Made by a program: the position numbers and the translations under genes. From Podarcis pityusensis (taxonomy: Eukaryota), in assembly GCA_964106645.2 (NCBI GenBank), contig OZ067042.1: 64,000 nucleotides of DNA; one strand, given 5' to 3'. Under the pieces are notes generated by a model. It worked only from the letters and a program-made list of their open reading frames with translations, made no database searches and had not been told where the DNA came from. Within the stretch, counting starts at the first letter, position 1. The number at the start of each line of letters is the position of its first letter. Below are positions 1 through 11,379 of the stretch, one piece after another.

Positions 1-2514
1 TGGGAATCACGGAATGTAAGGGCCAGGACTGCTATAATTCTGTGTGTCTCAGATGATCAGTTGGTGCATGTTCAGCATTTAGAAAATGCGAAAGAGGTAT
101 GGGACACGCTGCGTACAACGCATCAGAGAGATGCTGGTTCTTCAGCGTTGCTGTATTTTGAGAAATTGACCAATCTGAGACTTGCGCCTGATGGAGATGT
201 TCAAGCGCACCTGACAGAAATGAAGTTTCTGCGTCAACAGATGGTGGAACGCAATTTCCGTCTTCAGGAGGAAGTGTTTTGCTTCATGATGATAAACAGC
301 CTTAGCCGCACCTACAAGGTTGTTGCCAGTCAGCTTGGTTCCCTACCGGCCGCGCAGCTGACCACGGAGAGAGTTTGTGCTGTGGTCCTGAATGAACACG
401 ACAGACTTGCTGCACTGGAAGAAAAGGACAGGGGGAGGGAAGAACAGAGTTCTAATTCCCCCACTGCTGATGCTACTGGAGAGCATGGTGTAGCATTGAG
501 TGCTGTCCGATGCTACAATTGTGGACAGACTGGGCATCTACAGCGAAACTGTAAGAAGCCGCGCCAGTCAAGAGGAGCAAAGAGCAGCTCTACGAAGCCT
601 CAGGCGTCAGGCAAAAGCCGTACCAAGTGCCAGGTGAAACCTGCAAAGGCTATAATGGCGAAAGGAACCACGCCAGATGTTGGGAACTCGTTCATAATCG
701 ACACGGGCTGTACAAAACATTTGTGCCCGCACAGAGGACTGTTTTCGACGTTGAAGAAGCAAAGCTTCACTGTGAAACAGGCCAACGGTCAAGAGCTGGA
801 AGCGACTGGAATTGGGACTGTGTATCTTGAGAGTCTGAACTTGACTATAAACGATGTTTACCTGGTTCCAGAACTGAGATTTAATCTGCTGAGCGTGTCG
901 CAGATTGCAAAGAAAGGACTGAAACTGTCCTATGATGCTAAAAGCTGCAAGATCTACAAAGATGGAGAACTGTTTCTTACTGCCAAAGAGAAAGATGGAC
1001 TGTATTTGTTGACTTTTGATCAAAGTGATTACATGAAATGTAATTCTTCTGATTCTAACGAAATCTCTCTTGCAGGTATGACCAGTCTGAGCACCAGGAA
1101 GGTGACGAAGAAGGTCGACAGACCATTTCAGCGGGTGTATGCTGATGTGATTGGTCCTCTAGAACCATCTAGAGGCGGTGCACGATTTTACCTTGTGTGT
1201 GTGGATTGTTTCACTAATTATTCTTGGGTTTATATGATGGAGAAACCGCAAGAAACTTTAGAAAAGTTTCAGGAGTTTTGTGACAAGGTTAAAAATATGC
1301 ATGATGCTAACATTGATTGTCTTTTCACAGATGACAAGCAAGTTTTTCTGTTACAGAAGTTTCAGAAGTTCCTGGATGGAAAAGGGATAGACCACAAAGT
1401 GGCAGTTTCGCAAGAAGCGTGGAACAGGGGGGTCTGTGTAAAAGTGAACAAAGAATTGCAAAAGGGGATGAATGCGCAATTGCTGAGTTCACATTTGCCA
1501 CATGAATATTGGGCCGAATCGCTAGCGTCCTATCTTCATGTGTGGCTGAGAAAAGTCTCAACAGAGTTGGGATGTTCTCCTTTTGAGAAGCTGTTCAATA
1601 GAAAACCTTCTGTTGCCTATTTTAAGGTTTTCGGGTCTCATGTGAGAACAGAAGCTCCAGGTGGTGTAAAGAATGCCAGAGGCATTTTTGTGGGTTATGA
1701 AAAGGGTCTCTACAGAGTAATTTTGTCTGAATCTGGTCAGGTGATTCTCACAAAGTTCCTAGAGAGTGCTCCAAAGCAAGAGCGGGTTGTAGAACAGACA
1801 TTTCCCACAGGAAACGATGATGATGATGATGATGAGTTTGATCTTATTGAGTTCAGTAGTACTGATGATGACAGCGATAGCTCAGACAGCTCAGTTGTCA
1901 CAGTCATTGAGAGGAAATCTCACACAATGGATAGACCTTCACAGGTGAAGGAAGAACCACTGATTGCTACTGGTTCTCAACAGAGTCCAAAGGTTGAACC
2001 AGTGAGCACAGAGGATCAGAACCTCTTACGTAGGTCTGAGAGAGCAACGAAGGGTGTACCACCCAAGAGGTATTCAAAGGAGTTTGCTAACCTTGCATAT
2101 GTTGCTATTGTAAACGACCAAAGACAGATTGAAGCTGTGTCTAAGTCAGAGACAAAGACACAACAGAGGGTAGCTAGCCAAGGTAATGCAGAAGCACTCA
2201 TTCCTTGGAAGCCAGACAACCAGAGAGGTACATTGGTTAAACCAGTGGCGGGTAGTTCCAAGGGTGGAACTGAAACAACAGGGGAATGTTATAAATATAA
2301 CAACTGTTTGTTTTCTTCTCTGGATGACGCTTTGCTCGCAGCACACATTGATACTTTAGGGGGAGTATGTTACCATAAAGCACCAATGCTGCAGCAAGCA
2401 AAGGCTTTAGCAGCTCAGCCAGCTGCTTGTGGCTGGAAAGCCAGACAGGATGTTTGTGACTGTTGCCATGGGAACAAAGGGGCAGTCCATTCTGTACTGA
2501 GCACCGGATGTTAG
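1..2514 (+). CDS. Copia Gag-protease-degenerate integrase polyprotein (5'-partial, at least 837 aa)
   Basis: Frame is open from base 1 (WESRNVRARTAIILCVSDDQL...) to TAG 2512-2514. Motifs: copia Gag AKEVWDTL; CYNCGQTGHLQRNC zinc knuckle (511-552); protease IIDTGCTKH (DTG 700-708); NLLSVSQI; GLYLL; integrase-core YADVIGP and YWAE; FKVFGS; GIFVGY; RRSER. No YVDD RT motif. Confidence 0.88.
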   Translation, partial: WESRNVRARTAIILCVSDDQLVHVQHLENAKEVWDTLRTTHQRDAGSSALLYFEKLTNLRLAPDGDVQAHLTEMKFLRQQMVERNFRLQEEVFCFMMINSLSRTYKVVASQLGSLPAAQLTTERVCAVVLNEHDRLAALEEKDRGREEQSSNSPTADATGEHGVALSAVRCYNCGQTGHLQRNCKKPRQSRGAKSSSTKPQASGKSRTKCQVKPAKAIMAKGTTPDVGNSFIIDTGCTKHLCPHRGLFSTLKKQSFTVKQANGQELEATGIGTVYLESLNLTINDVYLVPELRFNLLSVSQIAKKGLKLSYDAKSCKIYKDGELFLTAKEKDGLYLLTFDQSDYMKCNSSDSNEISLAGMTSLSTRKVTKKVDRPFQRVYADVIGPLEPSRGGARFYLVCVDCFTNYSWVYMMEKPQETLEKFQEFCDKVKNMHDANIDCLFTDDKQVFLLQKFQKFLDGKGIDHKVAVSQEAWNRGVCVKVNKELQKGMNAQLLSSHLPHEYWAESLASYLHVWLRKVSTELGCSPFEKLFNRKPSVAYFKVFGSHVRTEAPGGVKNARGIFVGYEKGLYRVILSESGQVILTKFLESAPKQERVVEQTFPTGNDDDDDDEFDLIEFSSTDDDSDSSDSSVVTVIERKSHTMDRPSQVKEEPLIATGSQQSPKVEPVSTEDQNLLRRSERATKGVPPKRYSKEFANLAYVAIVNDQRQIEAVSKSETKTQQRVASQGNAEALIPWKPDNQRGTLVKPVAGSSKGGTETTGECYKYNNCLFSSLDDALLAAHIDTLGGVCYHKAPMLQQAKALAAQPAACGWKARQDVCDCCHGNKGAVHSVLSTGC

Positions 2515-2841
2515 CTCAGTGTGTGTGTGTGTCATATGACCAGTACTGGATGTACTTGGGAGGAGTTTTCTCTTGCTGTTGTTGAGTGCAGACATGATTC
2601 TCTGTACTGATGTAAGAGGCAGAAATAAATGATGTAAATAGTTTTCTGTCTGCTTCTTTCCCCTCCCTGGGGACACCAAAGGGGAGAGAGGAAGAACGGT
2701 GTGTTCCTCTCATACATCTGAGAAGAATCGCCGGACCTCGCCTGCTTATCAGCAGAGGTTGGGAGACGCGGGGAGGTCGACAGGAATATCTGCCGGTGCC
2801 TGCTTGTGGCACATTCCTCTGACCCAGGCAGAATTCCAACA
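2368..2841 (+). repeat. 3' LTR of the copia element (about 474 bp)
   Basis: Begins TGTTAC right after the PPT and ends CCAACA, where composition switches to AT-rich intron. AATAAA at 2624-2629. The right boundary is inferred because the 5' LTR is not in the window. Confidence 0.75.
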
Positions 2842-2953
2842 GTCAGCATAGTTTTTCCATCTAACCTTCACATAATTTTAACATTTTTGCCTAGGTGGCT
2901 GTACAGCTCAGGTGTAACTATTTCTCCCCATTATTATTTTTTTAAATACACAG

Positions 2954-3128
2954 GTCCTGATTGTTCTTTGAATGTTCCTTCAACGGAGTCATATTGGATT
3001 CTACCTAATGTGAAGCCATTTAGTCCATCTGTAAGCCGGGCTTCGCATAAAGCAGTTCTACATGGAAAGTTTATGTGGGTGATTGGGGGATATGCATTTA
3101 ACTACAGCACATTCCAAATGATATTAAA
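2954..3128 (+). CDS. ATRNL1: ATRNL1 coding exon (about exon 6, 175 nt): end of EGF, first Kelch repeat
   Basis: cag|GT...AA|gtaagt; encodes GPDCSLNVPSTESYWILPNVKPFSPSVSRASHKAVLHGKFMWVIGGY, recognised as ATRNL1. Confidence 0.95.
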
Positions 3129-3804
3129 GTAAGTAATTTCCTTGGCCTTTCATTACTGTTTTGTGTGAATTTATTGTTACTTAATAAATAGCATTTACCC
3201 TATACACCACCCACACCAGCGTAAATCATCCTAAACTTTAGGGTTGTCTTGTCCGAAGGATTCTAAACTTTGTAGCATTACTCCTGGACATTTTGCTGCT
3301 CAGGAAAATGAGGGAGTATGTTCTAGCATACATATTATGGTTTTCACACTGATAACTTTCAAATAGACTAGGAATCGAGATGAAGACATTGTCTGTTGAA
3401 AAGAAAACTGCTGTGAGAACATTTTCGCTACTTGTATTATCTGTTTTATACAAAGGGAATTAAGTTCCATTAACCCCAGCCTCTGGTTAGTGCCCTCTTG
3501 AATTATAGTTCATTATTTCACCTTAGTAATATTCTTAGAGTTAAATGAAGTGAAATATAGCCGATCAAGTGGCTCATAGAATTCAAAATACCATCTTATG
3601 ATTAGAATACATCTGTATTTTTAATATTTTAAAATTAGTTTTCAACTATAACCCCAATAATAGCCCAACTATAACAATTAATTCCCAAATTATATAGTTA
3701 TGATGACTAAACTGAAAATAATAATTTTGTTTCCAAAATTTATATACTTAGAATTCCCTTGGTTGACACATTTATTTATTTATATTTATTTTTACCCTTT
3801 TTAG

Positions 3805-3892
3805 TTATAATTTGGAAAGCAGCATCTGGAATGTAGTACCGGTATCGAAAGGACCTCTTCAGAGATATGGACACACTATTGCTTTATATCAG
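3805..3892 (+). CDS. ATRNL1: ATRNL1 coding exon (about exon 7, 88 nt)
   Basis: tag|T...CAG|gtttgg; YNLESSIWNVVPVSKGPLQRYGHTIALYQ; phase matches both neighbours. Confidence 0.93.
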
Positions 3893-5120
3893 GTTTGGCT
3901 CATCTAGGGTAATATTTAACTTTATAAATTTCTGAGCTTTTGAACACCTGTATTGAAGTTATTTCATAACCATGCTTTAAACTCCATTCTTTACGGACAA
4001 TTAATCTTTTTGGTCTATGTGGTCTTGTCAGTTCATTCTTTGAATGTCCTATTCATTTTGGTAGTTTCCTACACACTTCAGAATTCTGAGTAAAGAATTA
4101 TTTTATCCTACTTTGCAGTAAATCACCATATTGTAAAAACCAGACGAAACCAAACCTTAGGTTATGAATTAAGCTTTTATGTCCCAAACTGTTGCTGCCT
4201 GCCTTCAGCTTGTGAGTTGAGCCCAAACCCAGTCTGCTGACCTTTAATTGAGAACATAAAACTGTATTTCACATAGCTGCAATTGTACTGTTTCCAGCAC
4301 ATCAGTTGGGGTAAGGGGATCATTCCCAACAGTGACTAGCCATGCATGGAAATACAGAACAATTTGGTTTTGAAGCTCCACTTGGACTATGACTTCAAAG
4401 TTGTATGTTTTGCATTTGTGATTTACACTGGTTGAGCCGAAGAGCTAGTTTCTAACATTTCTGCTTTCTTCTTGGCTGTGTAGTAGTTAAGGTTGTAAAG
4501 TGGGCATCTATTTGGTAGGTACAGATCTGAACTTGATCCTGTTTTTGAATATCAAACAAAAGCTTCCAGAAAATAGGAAGAATGATCGCAAGGCTGTGGA
4601 AGGATAAATTAGATGATTATTTATAAAGCACTTTTCAAATTATTGTTCCATCCTGCAGATATTTAATTTCATTGCTGTAGTTTAGGTTGTAATGTTATGC
4701 AGGAATAACTGATCATCCTAAGTGACAGTTCGTTTAAAAACGTTTTAGACTGTGATCCTAAAACTACTGTCACAGCAAAAACAACATTTATTTCAATAAA
4801 ACTTGCCTGTATGGTGCTTTGAGACTCAGGGTATTAATTTCATTCCTTTGCTATTCATCAGTACAAGGTCTACTGAGCACAGTGGAAGGAAGAGAAAATT
4901 ATCTAATTGATAAGTTTGTCTCCCTGTATTAATTTGGTGTCCCTGTGCAGTTTCCACACAATGATTCTGAGAGTCACTGACATTCTGCGAAACTCATCTC
5001 CCCATCCCCATCCCCACTCCCTGTCTTTCATTTTGTTTAAGGAAAGCAAGAGATGCAGAGGTAGGAATATTTATTAGATGGCTCCTGGTTTAATATCATT
5101 TTTGGAGTTTTAGGCCAGTC

Positions 5121-5123
<3 letters not shown>

Positions 5124-5174
<51 letters not shown>

Positions 5175-5175
5175 A
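5124..5175. repeat. Compound (CT)n(GT)n microsatellite
   Basis: About 20 CT units followed by a short GT run. Confidence 0.95.
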
Positions 5176-7923
5176 TTCTGAAGTGCTTGTAATCCAGACA
5201 TGATATTCATGTGGCAGTTGTGTCTATAATAAAAGGAAACTATTTAAATCTGTACCTGATTATTGTGTCTATAAATGAAGTGGAAATGTTCTGCTCTGAG
5301 TTCTGCCCTTCACTCAAAGCAGGCAGCATACTTAAAAGCCAGGCTCCTGATGGAAACGTAGGTGAGAAAAGAAGTGGTTAATGAAACGGTGCCAGGATGG
5401 TCATGGAAAACTTTACAGGACAGAAGAAGCTGAATGGGCTTGGCTTCAGTGAGAGGCAGGAGTAGACTCAGGCCTGCTTAGAGTCAGAATTGCTAAACAA
5501 TGTGACAAGAGTAATAGGAAGGCTGAGAAACAGGGTAGCTGAGAAAACAGCAGGTGGTGCAGGCACCATGAATTAAAAGAAGAGAGTGGCAAAGCAGAAT
5601 ATGGGCCTGTGGCCAGTAGAGGCTATATACATGGATTATAGGAAGGAAGTGGTCAGGCAAGGAATGATGAAATACTGTAGGCAGTAAGTCAGGAAGCTTG
5701 TAGGTTTGTACAGTCTTCATCACTGGAATTGCCTACATCTTTGATTTGCAGTGAAAGGCAAATTCTTCAAGGCATGCCTTTTTACTGTAATCCAGCATTC
5801 CGACAAGGGAAACATAGCTGGTTAAATTATCATTTCTATCCATCTATTAGGAAGAGACAGATTTTTGATGGATCTGGCCCTGGAAATACATTCAAGGTTG
5901 GTAGACATGAATGACTGTGTGGAGATAGAAAAGTTTAATTTCAGACACTGACAGGAAGAGCCTAGGCTGAGTCACTTCATGCAGGTCTCTTCCTCGCTCT
6001 TTCAGATCCGTAGCTCATAAATGTGACATTGTTGTTCTGTAGTACAGTACCATTCTACAGTTTGCAGCTTTGGGAGGAAATGTAAAAGAGCAATTGATAA
6101 TCACTTATGACCTCTCTTGGTAAATAAAGGAACAATGAAGTCATGCTGAGATTTGGATATATGAATAGCAGTAATTAAAAGTTAATAACAATTGCTGAAA
6201 TGGCCCAAGGTGATGTGGTTAATTCATCACTGCCCATCAATAATGGGCAAGTTCACCTTGAAATTGGCTTGTCTTTTTTGAGTTTGCACAATGGGTTTCC
6301 TGTAGCACTCAGAAACATGGAGTGTTTCCAAGCCTTTTTCTAGAGGTCGTAAGGATGAGAACTGTGAGGAAGTGAAGACTTGGATTTAGCCAATGTCACC
6401 TCCAATTAAAAAAAAATGTAATTCAGTTACATTAAATGGAATTGAATTTTATAAGACAGTGACTCAAACAAATTCAAAAGTGACCATTTGTATTACACAA
6501 TGAAAATCAGGAGAGTCCTGTTTCTCAACTTTGTACCAATTCATCTGATTGGGCTTGGTTAACTTTCAATTTAATTAGATACCTACATCTGTGCTATGGA
6601 AAGTTTGGGACATTTTTGATTAAACACTGAACAAAATTAGGCCAACTTCAAGCATTTAAAAGGCACTGCATTTTTTCTGGAGACTTACAAATAAAAATGG
6701 TTTTGGACTGATAAGTAGCTCACCTACATGCACAGTAACTCTCCCCTCCAATGGACTGTGTGAAAATCCCCTTCCCCCATGTTCATCCCCTCCCCAATCA
6801 CCATTAACACAATCTCTATTAACCATTAACACAAACTTACTCTCTGGCTTTCTTATCCATCCTCTCAGTCTTTTTCCTTTCTACTTTCTCTTCCTGCTTG
6901 AGCGTATGTTCCCTGCACGAACTGTTTGTGGCAAAGCTTCACTGCCACAAGCACCATACAAGATTGGATCTCCTCCCCACAGTGCTTTTCTAGGCAAACT
7001 TTGATAGTTTTGCATTTACACACCAGCTGCAAACTTCTAGGGAAGAGGTGGGGTGGGAAATCTCCAGTTACAGGTTAGATACAGCCCACAGGGCCTCCTC
7101 ATCCAAGCACACTGGCCTTTCTCCAGGTCCTTTCCCATCTTACCCACTGCTCAGTCTCTCCTGTCCACCTGCTGATTGACAAGAATCAAAGAGCAATGAA
7201 GATAGGAGAATGAATCAAGTCTTTCAGAGACAGTACAGCTGTATACATTTTGTTTCAAGCATAGTCATTAGCTTGCCATGTAAAAAGGCTTCTCAGTATA
7301 TTGAGCAACTTCTCCCACCCCCCCAATCAGATAATAATGTAACACTCACTCATCTTTCCTTAGTAAGCAGCTGGAGGAGGAGTGATATGCAGAGGCCAGA
7401 TGAAGATCTGTGAGTGGAAGGATGCCCTATCTGCCATCCTTAGGACCCTCCAGGAAACTTGCCAAACCAAACTTGCTGTAGTCTAGAACTGGGGTGTGTA
7501 GCATAGCTAACTGTCGAATGAGACATAGTTTGCAGTAGCCTAAGGAAACTCCATCCACCTTGCTGCCTGCTCATATAAACAAGCCTACAGTGAGAGACTA
7601 GGATGCTGTCAGGAGCTTCTAGGAACCTGGTTGTGAGATATTGTGGGGGAATTATGAGTTTGTTTGGGCTCTGGGAGAACTGGGAGGCTGAGAGGGGGAG
7701 CTGTGTCAGAATAAGTAGGAATTGATCTTGGTCTATATTTGTTAGCAATTTGTATCAATGTAATATTCTTTTTTAAATTTTTATTGAATTTATATACAGC
7801 CATATACCCACAGGTCTCATATATGTAACAATGTACATTTTTAATAATTTGTTGTTTAAGTTACTTATTATTGTTTTAGTTTTCTGTACACCCCCTAGAG
7901 ATACTTTCATGTTTTAAGCAGTA

Positions 7924-8165
7924 CAGTGGTACCTCGGGTTAAGTACTTAATTCGTTCCGGAGGTCCGTTCTTAACCTGAAACTATTCTTAACCTGAAGCA
8001 CTACTTTAGCTCATGGGGCCTCCAGCTGCCGCCACACCTCTGGAGCACGATTTCTGCTCTCATCCTGAAAAAAAGTTCTTAACCCGAGGTACCATTTCTG
8101 CGTTAGCGGAGTCTGTAACCTGAAGCGTATGTAACCTGAAGCGTATGTAACCCGAGGTACCACTG
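7924..8165. mobile_element. Tc1/mariner-superfamily (Tigger-like) MITE
   Basis: TIRs CAGTGGTACCTCGGGTTA / TAACCCGAGGTACCACTG; TA on both sides; a second copy lies at 20881. Confidence 0.9.
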
Positions 8166-8168
8166 TAT

Positions 8169-8417
8169 GTTGTTGTTTAGTCGTTTAGTTGTGTCTGACT
8201 CTTCATGACCCCATGGACAAGAGCACGCTAGGCACTTCTGTCTTCCACTGCCTCCCACAGTTTTGACAAACTCATGCTGGTAGCTTCGAGAACACTGTCC
8301 AACCATCTCGTCCTCTGTCGTTCCTTTCTCCTTGTGCCCTCAATCTTTCCCAGCATCAGGGTCTTTTCCAAGGAGTCTTCTCTTCTCATGAGGTGGCCAA
8401 AGTATTGGAGCCTCACC
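8169..8417 (-). mobile_element. 5'-truncated Bov-B (RTE) LINE 3' end
   Basis: Minus strand encodes RLQYFGHLMRREDSLEKTLMLGKIEG; (CAA)n tail; TSD TTTAAGCAGTAT. Confidence 0.9.
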
Positions 8418-9666
8418 TTTAAGCAGTATAGAATGGTCTAAATAAACAAACAGTATTGTCAAAGATGTAGGGCAAGTTGGGTTTTGATTAGGTGGCACTT
8501 GGGGTCCCTTCCAACTCTACAGTTCTATGAAGTTAAGGTAAAAGAGCAAGGTGTCCTCACATTCCTTTATATATTTTTTCAAACGTCTACTCAGAAATAG
8601 TTTCACTGAGTTCAGTGGAGTGTACTCACAGGTAAGCAGGCATAGGATTGTAGCAGAGCTATATTCCTTTGTTTTGAAGACTGCTTTTCTACCTAAACTG
8701 TTATATCATAAGTGTACATTATTACATTATTATACCATTAGATAGTAAATACTTTTAATTTGGAAGAAGTGAGTTCAGTGTGACATATTCCCAAGTAAAT
8801 GGCTATACGATTGCAACTTAAATGTGTGTTATATTGGAATGCAGTATAAATGAATTCTACATGTTTTTCTCTTAATGAGGAGATATGTAATCAAGTTCCC
8901 CTAGCAGCTGATGCAGGCAACACTGGTTGGGGACAATCTGCTTCTCAGATTCACCTACTGCTGCAAGTAAAACTGATTCCAACATTCAGTTGCTATTAAC
9001 TGGGAGATTACTTAACCACAAGATTAATCTCAGCTTTGAAGCATTTTAACTTAGATATATTTCAAGGGAATTGTTTAGGAACAATATTTCATAAAGGATG
9101 GAAGCATATGGGAATAGGGAATAGATTGTGGCATGGGTATTGTGAACTGTTCCCAACAAGCAACAAAATGTATGGGAAAAGACAATAGTTCAAAGGGCAA
9201 GAAGGTAACAGAGGAATGCCAATGTGGATAGAGATGAAGGCCTACTACGTGGTGGGGTTTGCAGCTGAAGCTTTATTCTGAGGCATCATGTTATTTTAGG
9301 GGGGCTGTTTTCTCACTGTGTATCTGTTGATGTACTGAGAGAGAATAGGGAGGGATAAGATGAGTGCAGTTTATTCTAAACTTGGAATAATAATAAAATG
9401 AATAATGAAACTAGAAACCAGTAGATACCCAGGGGTTCTGAAGGGTAAACTCTGGACTATGTCCATTGCATATAAGAGCTGATTTACATGTATTATAAAT
9501 TAAATTATTACATGTATTATAAATCAAGTGTAATTTAGAAGCCAGTGTCATTTCCATAGCATAACATTATCACAATTTTAGTGTTTTGCTGGTTTTTGCT
9601 TTGTACTTTTTGACATTTGTATTAATTTCATTTTGTTTTCTCTCTCCCCCCCCCCCTTCCAAACAG

Positions 9667-9922
9667 GATGACATTTACATGTATGGAGGCAAAATTGAAA
9701 CAAATACTGGTAATGTCACTGATGAATTATGGATTTTCAACATACCCAGTCAGACGTGGAGTACCAGAATTCCAGCAGTACTTGTTCATGGCCAGCAATA
9801 TGCAGTCGAGGGTCATTCTGCACACATAGTGGAGCTGGATAGCAGGGATGTTGTCATGGTCGTGATTTTTGGTTACTCTGTCATATATGGTTACACGAGC
9901 AGCGTGCAAGAGTACTATATCA
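9667..9922 (+). CDS. ATRNL1: ATRNL1 coding exon (about exon 8, 256 nt), Kelch repeats
   Basis: cag|GAT...A|gtaagt; DDIYMYGGKIETNTGNVTDELWIF...VEGHSAHIVELDSRDVVMVVIFGYS. Confidence 0.95.
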
Positions 9923-11379
9923 GTAAGTTTTTTTCGTTTTCAGTGTGTTCATATTAATAGATCCAAGGCATTGTGATGCAAATAGGGGACAACAGAGAGA
10001 GATAGATATTAAAATTAAATGAATCCTTATTGAGATATGCATGAGCTGACCCTTTATCAGAAGTATGTTTTATCTGATGTGCTGATAGAGATACAAATCT
10101 TTAAAAAAAAAAAAACTGTGAAGAGGATGTCATTTTTTATTTGAAGTGAGGAAGATTCTCATACAGAGGTTTTGTGGATCACCAAGAAATGGGGAAAGAT
10201 AGTGAAAGCTGGAAAAAGTTACATTTCTTGGGAAATGTCCAAAGAAGGAGCATTAGAAGGAAATAGCCCCGCTTGAACACTACCCTCCATTGTATCTGGC
10301 CAATGGGATCTAGTTTCTAATATTAGCTCACCTATCTTAAAAGTTCATTCCATTAAAGCAACCATTAATAACCCCAAATTTACACCTTCTCTCTGAGTCA
10401 TGTGCCCAGCACATCTGACATTTACTTCTCCTGAAGCAAAACCTGCTCTCAAACATTAAAAGACCTTAAAATTGGATTTTGGCAGCTCACTAAAGGGTCA
10501 GGTGCTGTTATTGAAGTTTCCAGATCCATTGCAGAAAACATCAGGTTTGATAAGAGGGTAAGACTTGGTTCCTGCCTCACTTGTCTTCTGAAAACAATTT
10601 AGTTCAGTATTTACCATGTTTGATTTTAATGCTCTTGCATATTAGACTTTGGGGTTATTATCTGCACTACTTTAAAGAAATAAAAATTTATCCGTAATTT
10701 TTAACTGCAGTTTTACTAAAGTCCAGCAGGATGCACTCCTGCACCACCCTTTTCACTATTGAGCACCGTATAAAGAAAAATAATGTTCAACAGCTGAAAG
10801 TATCCTTTTGCACATTTTTTCTCCTACTTTGAATGTGTTAAAGGGCATTGTTTTGTAGTTGCAACATGAAAAAATAGCAATGAATTAATGATGTCACATT
10901 CACTAAACAGTAACTAGGATGTGAAGAAGTATACTTTTTAACGTTCAGATATATTAATCTTTTTTTAAAAAAAACCCACTATGCTCTTTAATGATCTTTA
11001 ATTGCTGGTTGCATTCTTTATACTAGTGAGCCATAAGTGGTTCATTAAACTAAGTCAGGACTGTAGTAATATTTAAAAGTAACTATATAGTATTTCTAAC
11101 ATTCATAAACATTGTAGCATCTCAGGCATTTGACTATGGGTAGGGAGAAGGAATTGGGCTCAGAAACAGGCAATCACAAACTTTTTAGTCCATTAAGTAT
11201 ACAAGATTACTGTGAAGTATCAAATTTTCAATTGTAATTTGATTTAAGTGATATTTCAAAGTAATATTGGCTCAATTAATTTGCCCAATCCTACTTTAAA
11301 GCTGCCTAAACTGGGTCCATCATGACATAGTGGCCCAGATCACATAATCAAATTCTGGCTTAATAAACCAGGACATTTA

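Larger units (their letters stand above)
1..2841 (+). mobile_element. Ty1/copia LTR retrotransposon, non-autonomous (no RT); 5' end lies upstream of the window
   Basis: Domain order is Gag, CCHC, protease, integrase-like (copia order). Polypurine tract AGGGGGAGTA at 2358-2367 is directly followed by an LTR with TGTT...AACA ends. Confidence 0.9.

Noticed and set aside
1816-1880. In-frame (GAT)n poly-Asp/Ser tract in the copia ORF as a functional domain
   Set aside because: It lies in the normally variable, low-complexity linker after integrase; simple slippage explains it.
1-2514. Long-domesticated single-copy host gene of gag/integrase origin
   Set aside because: Not favoured because the PPT and LTR termini remain crisp, which suggests recent mobility; kept only as an alternative pending copy-number data.
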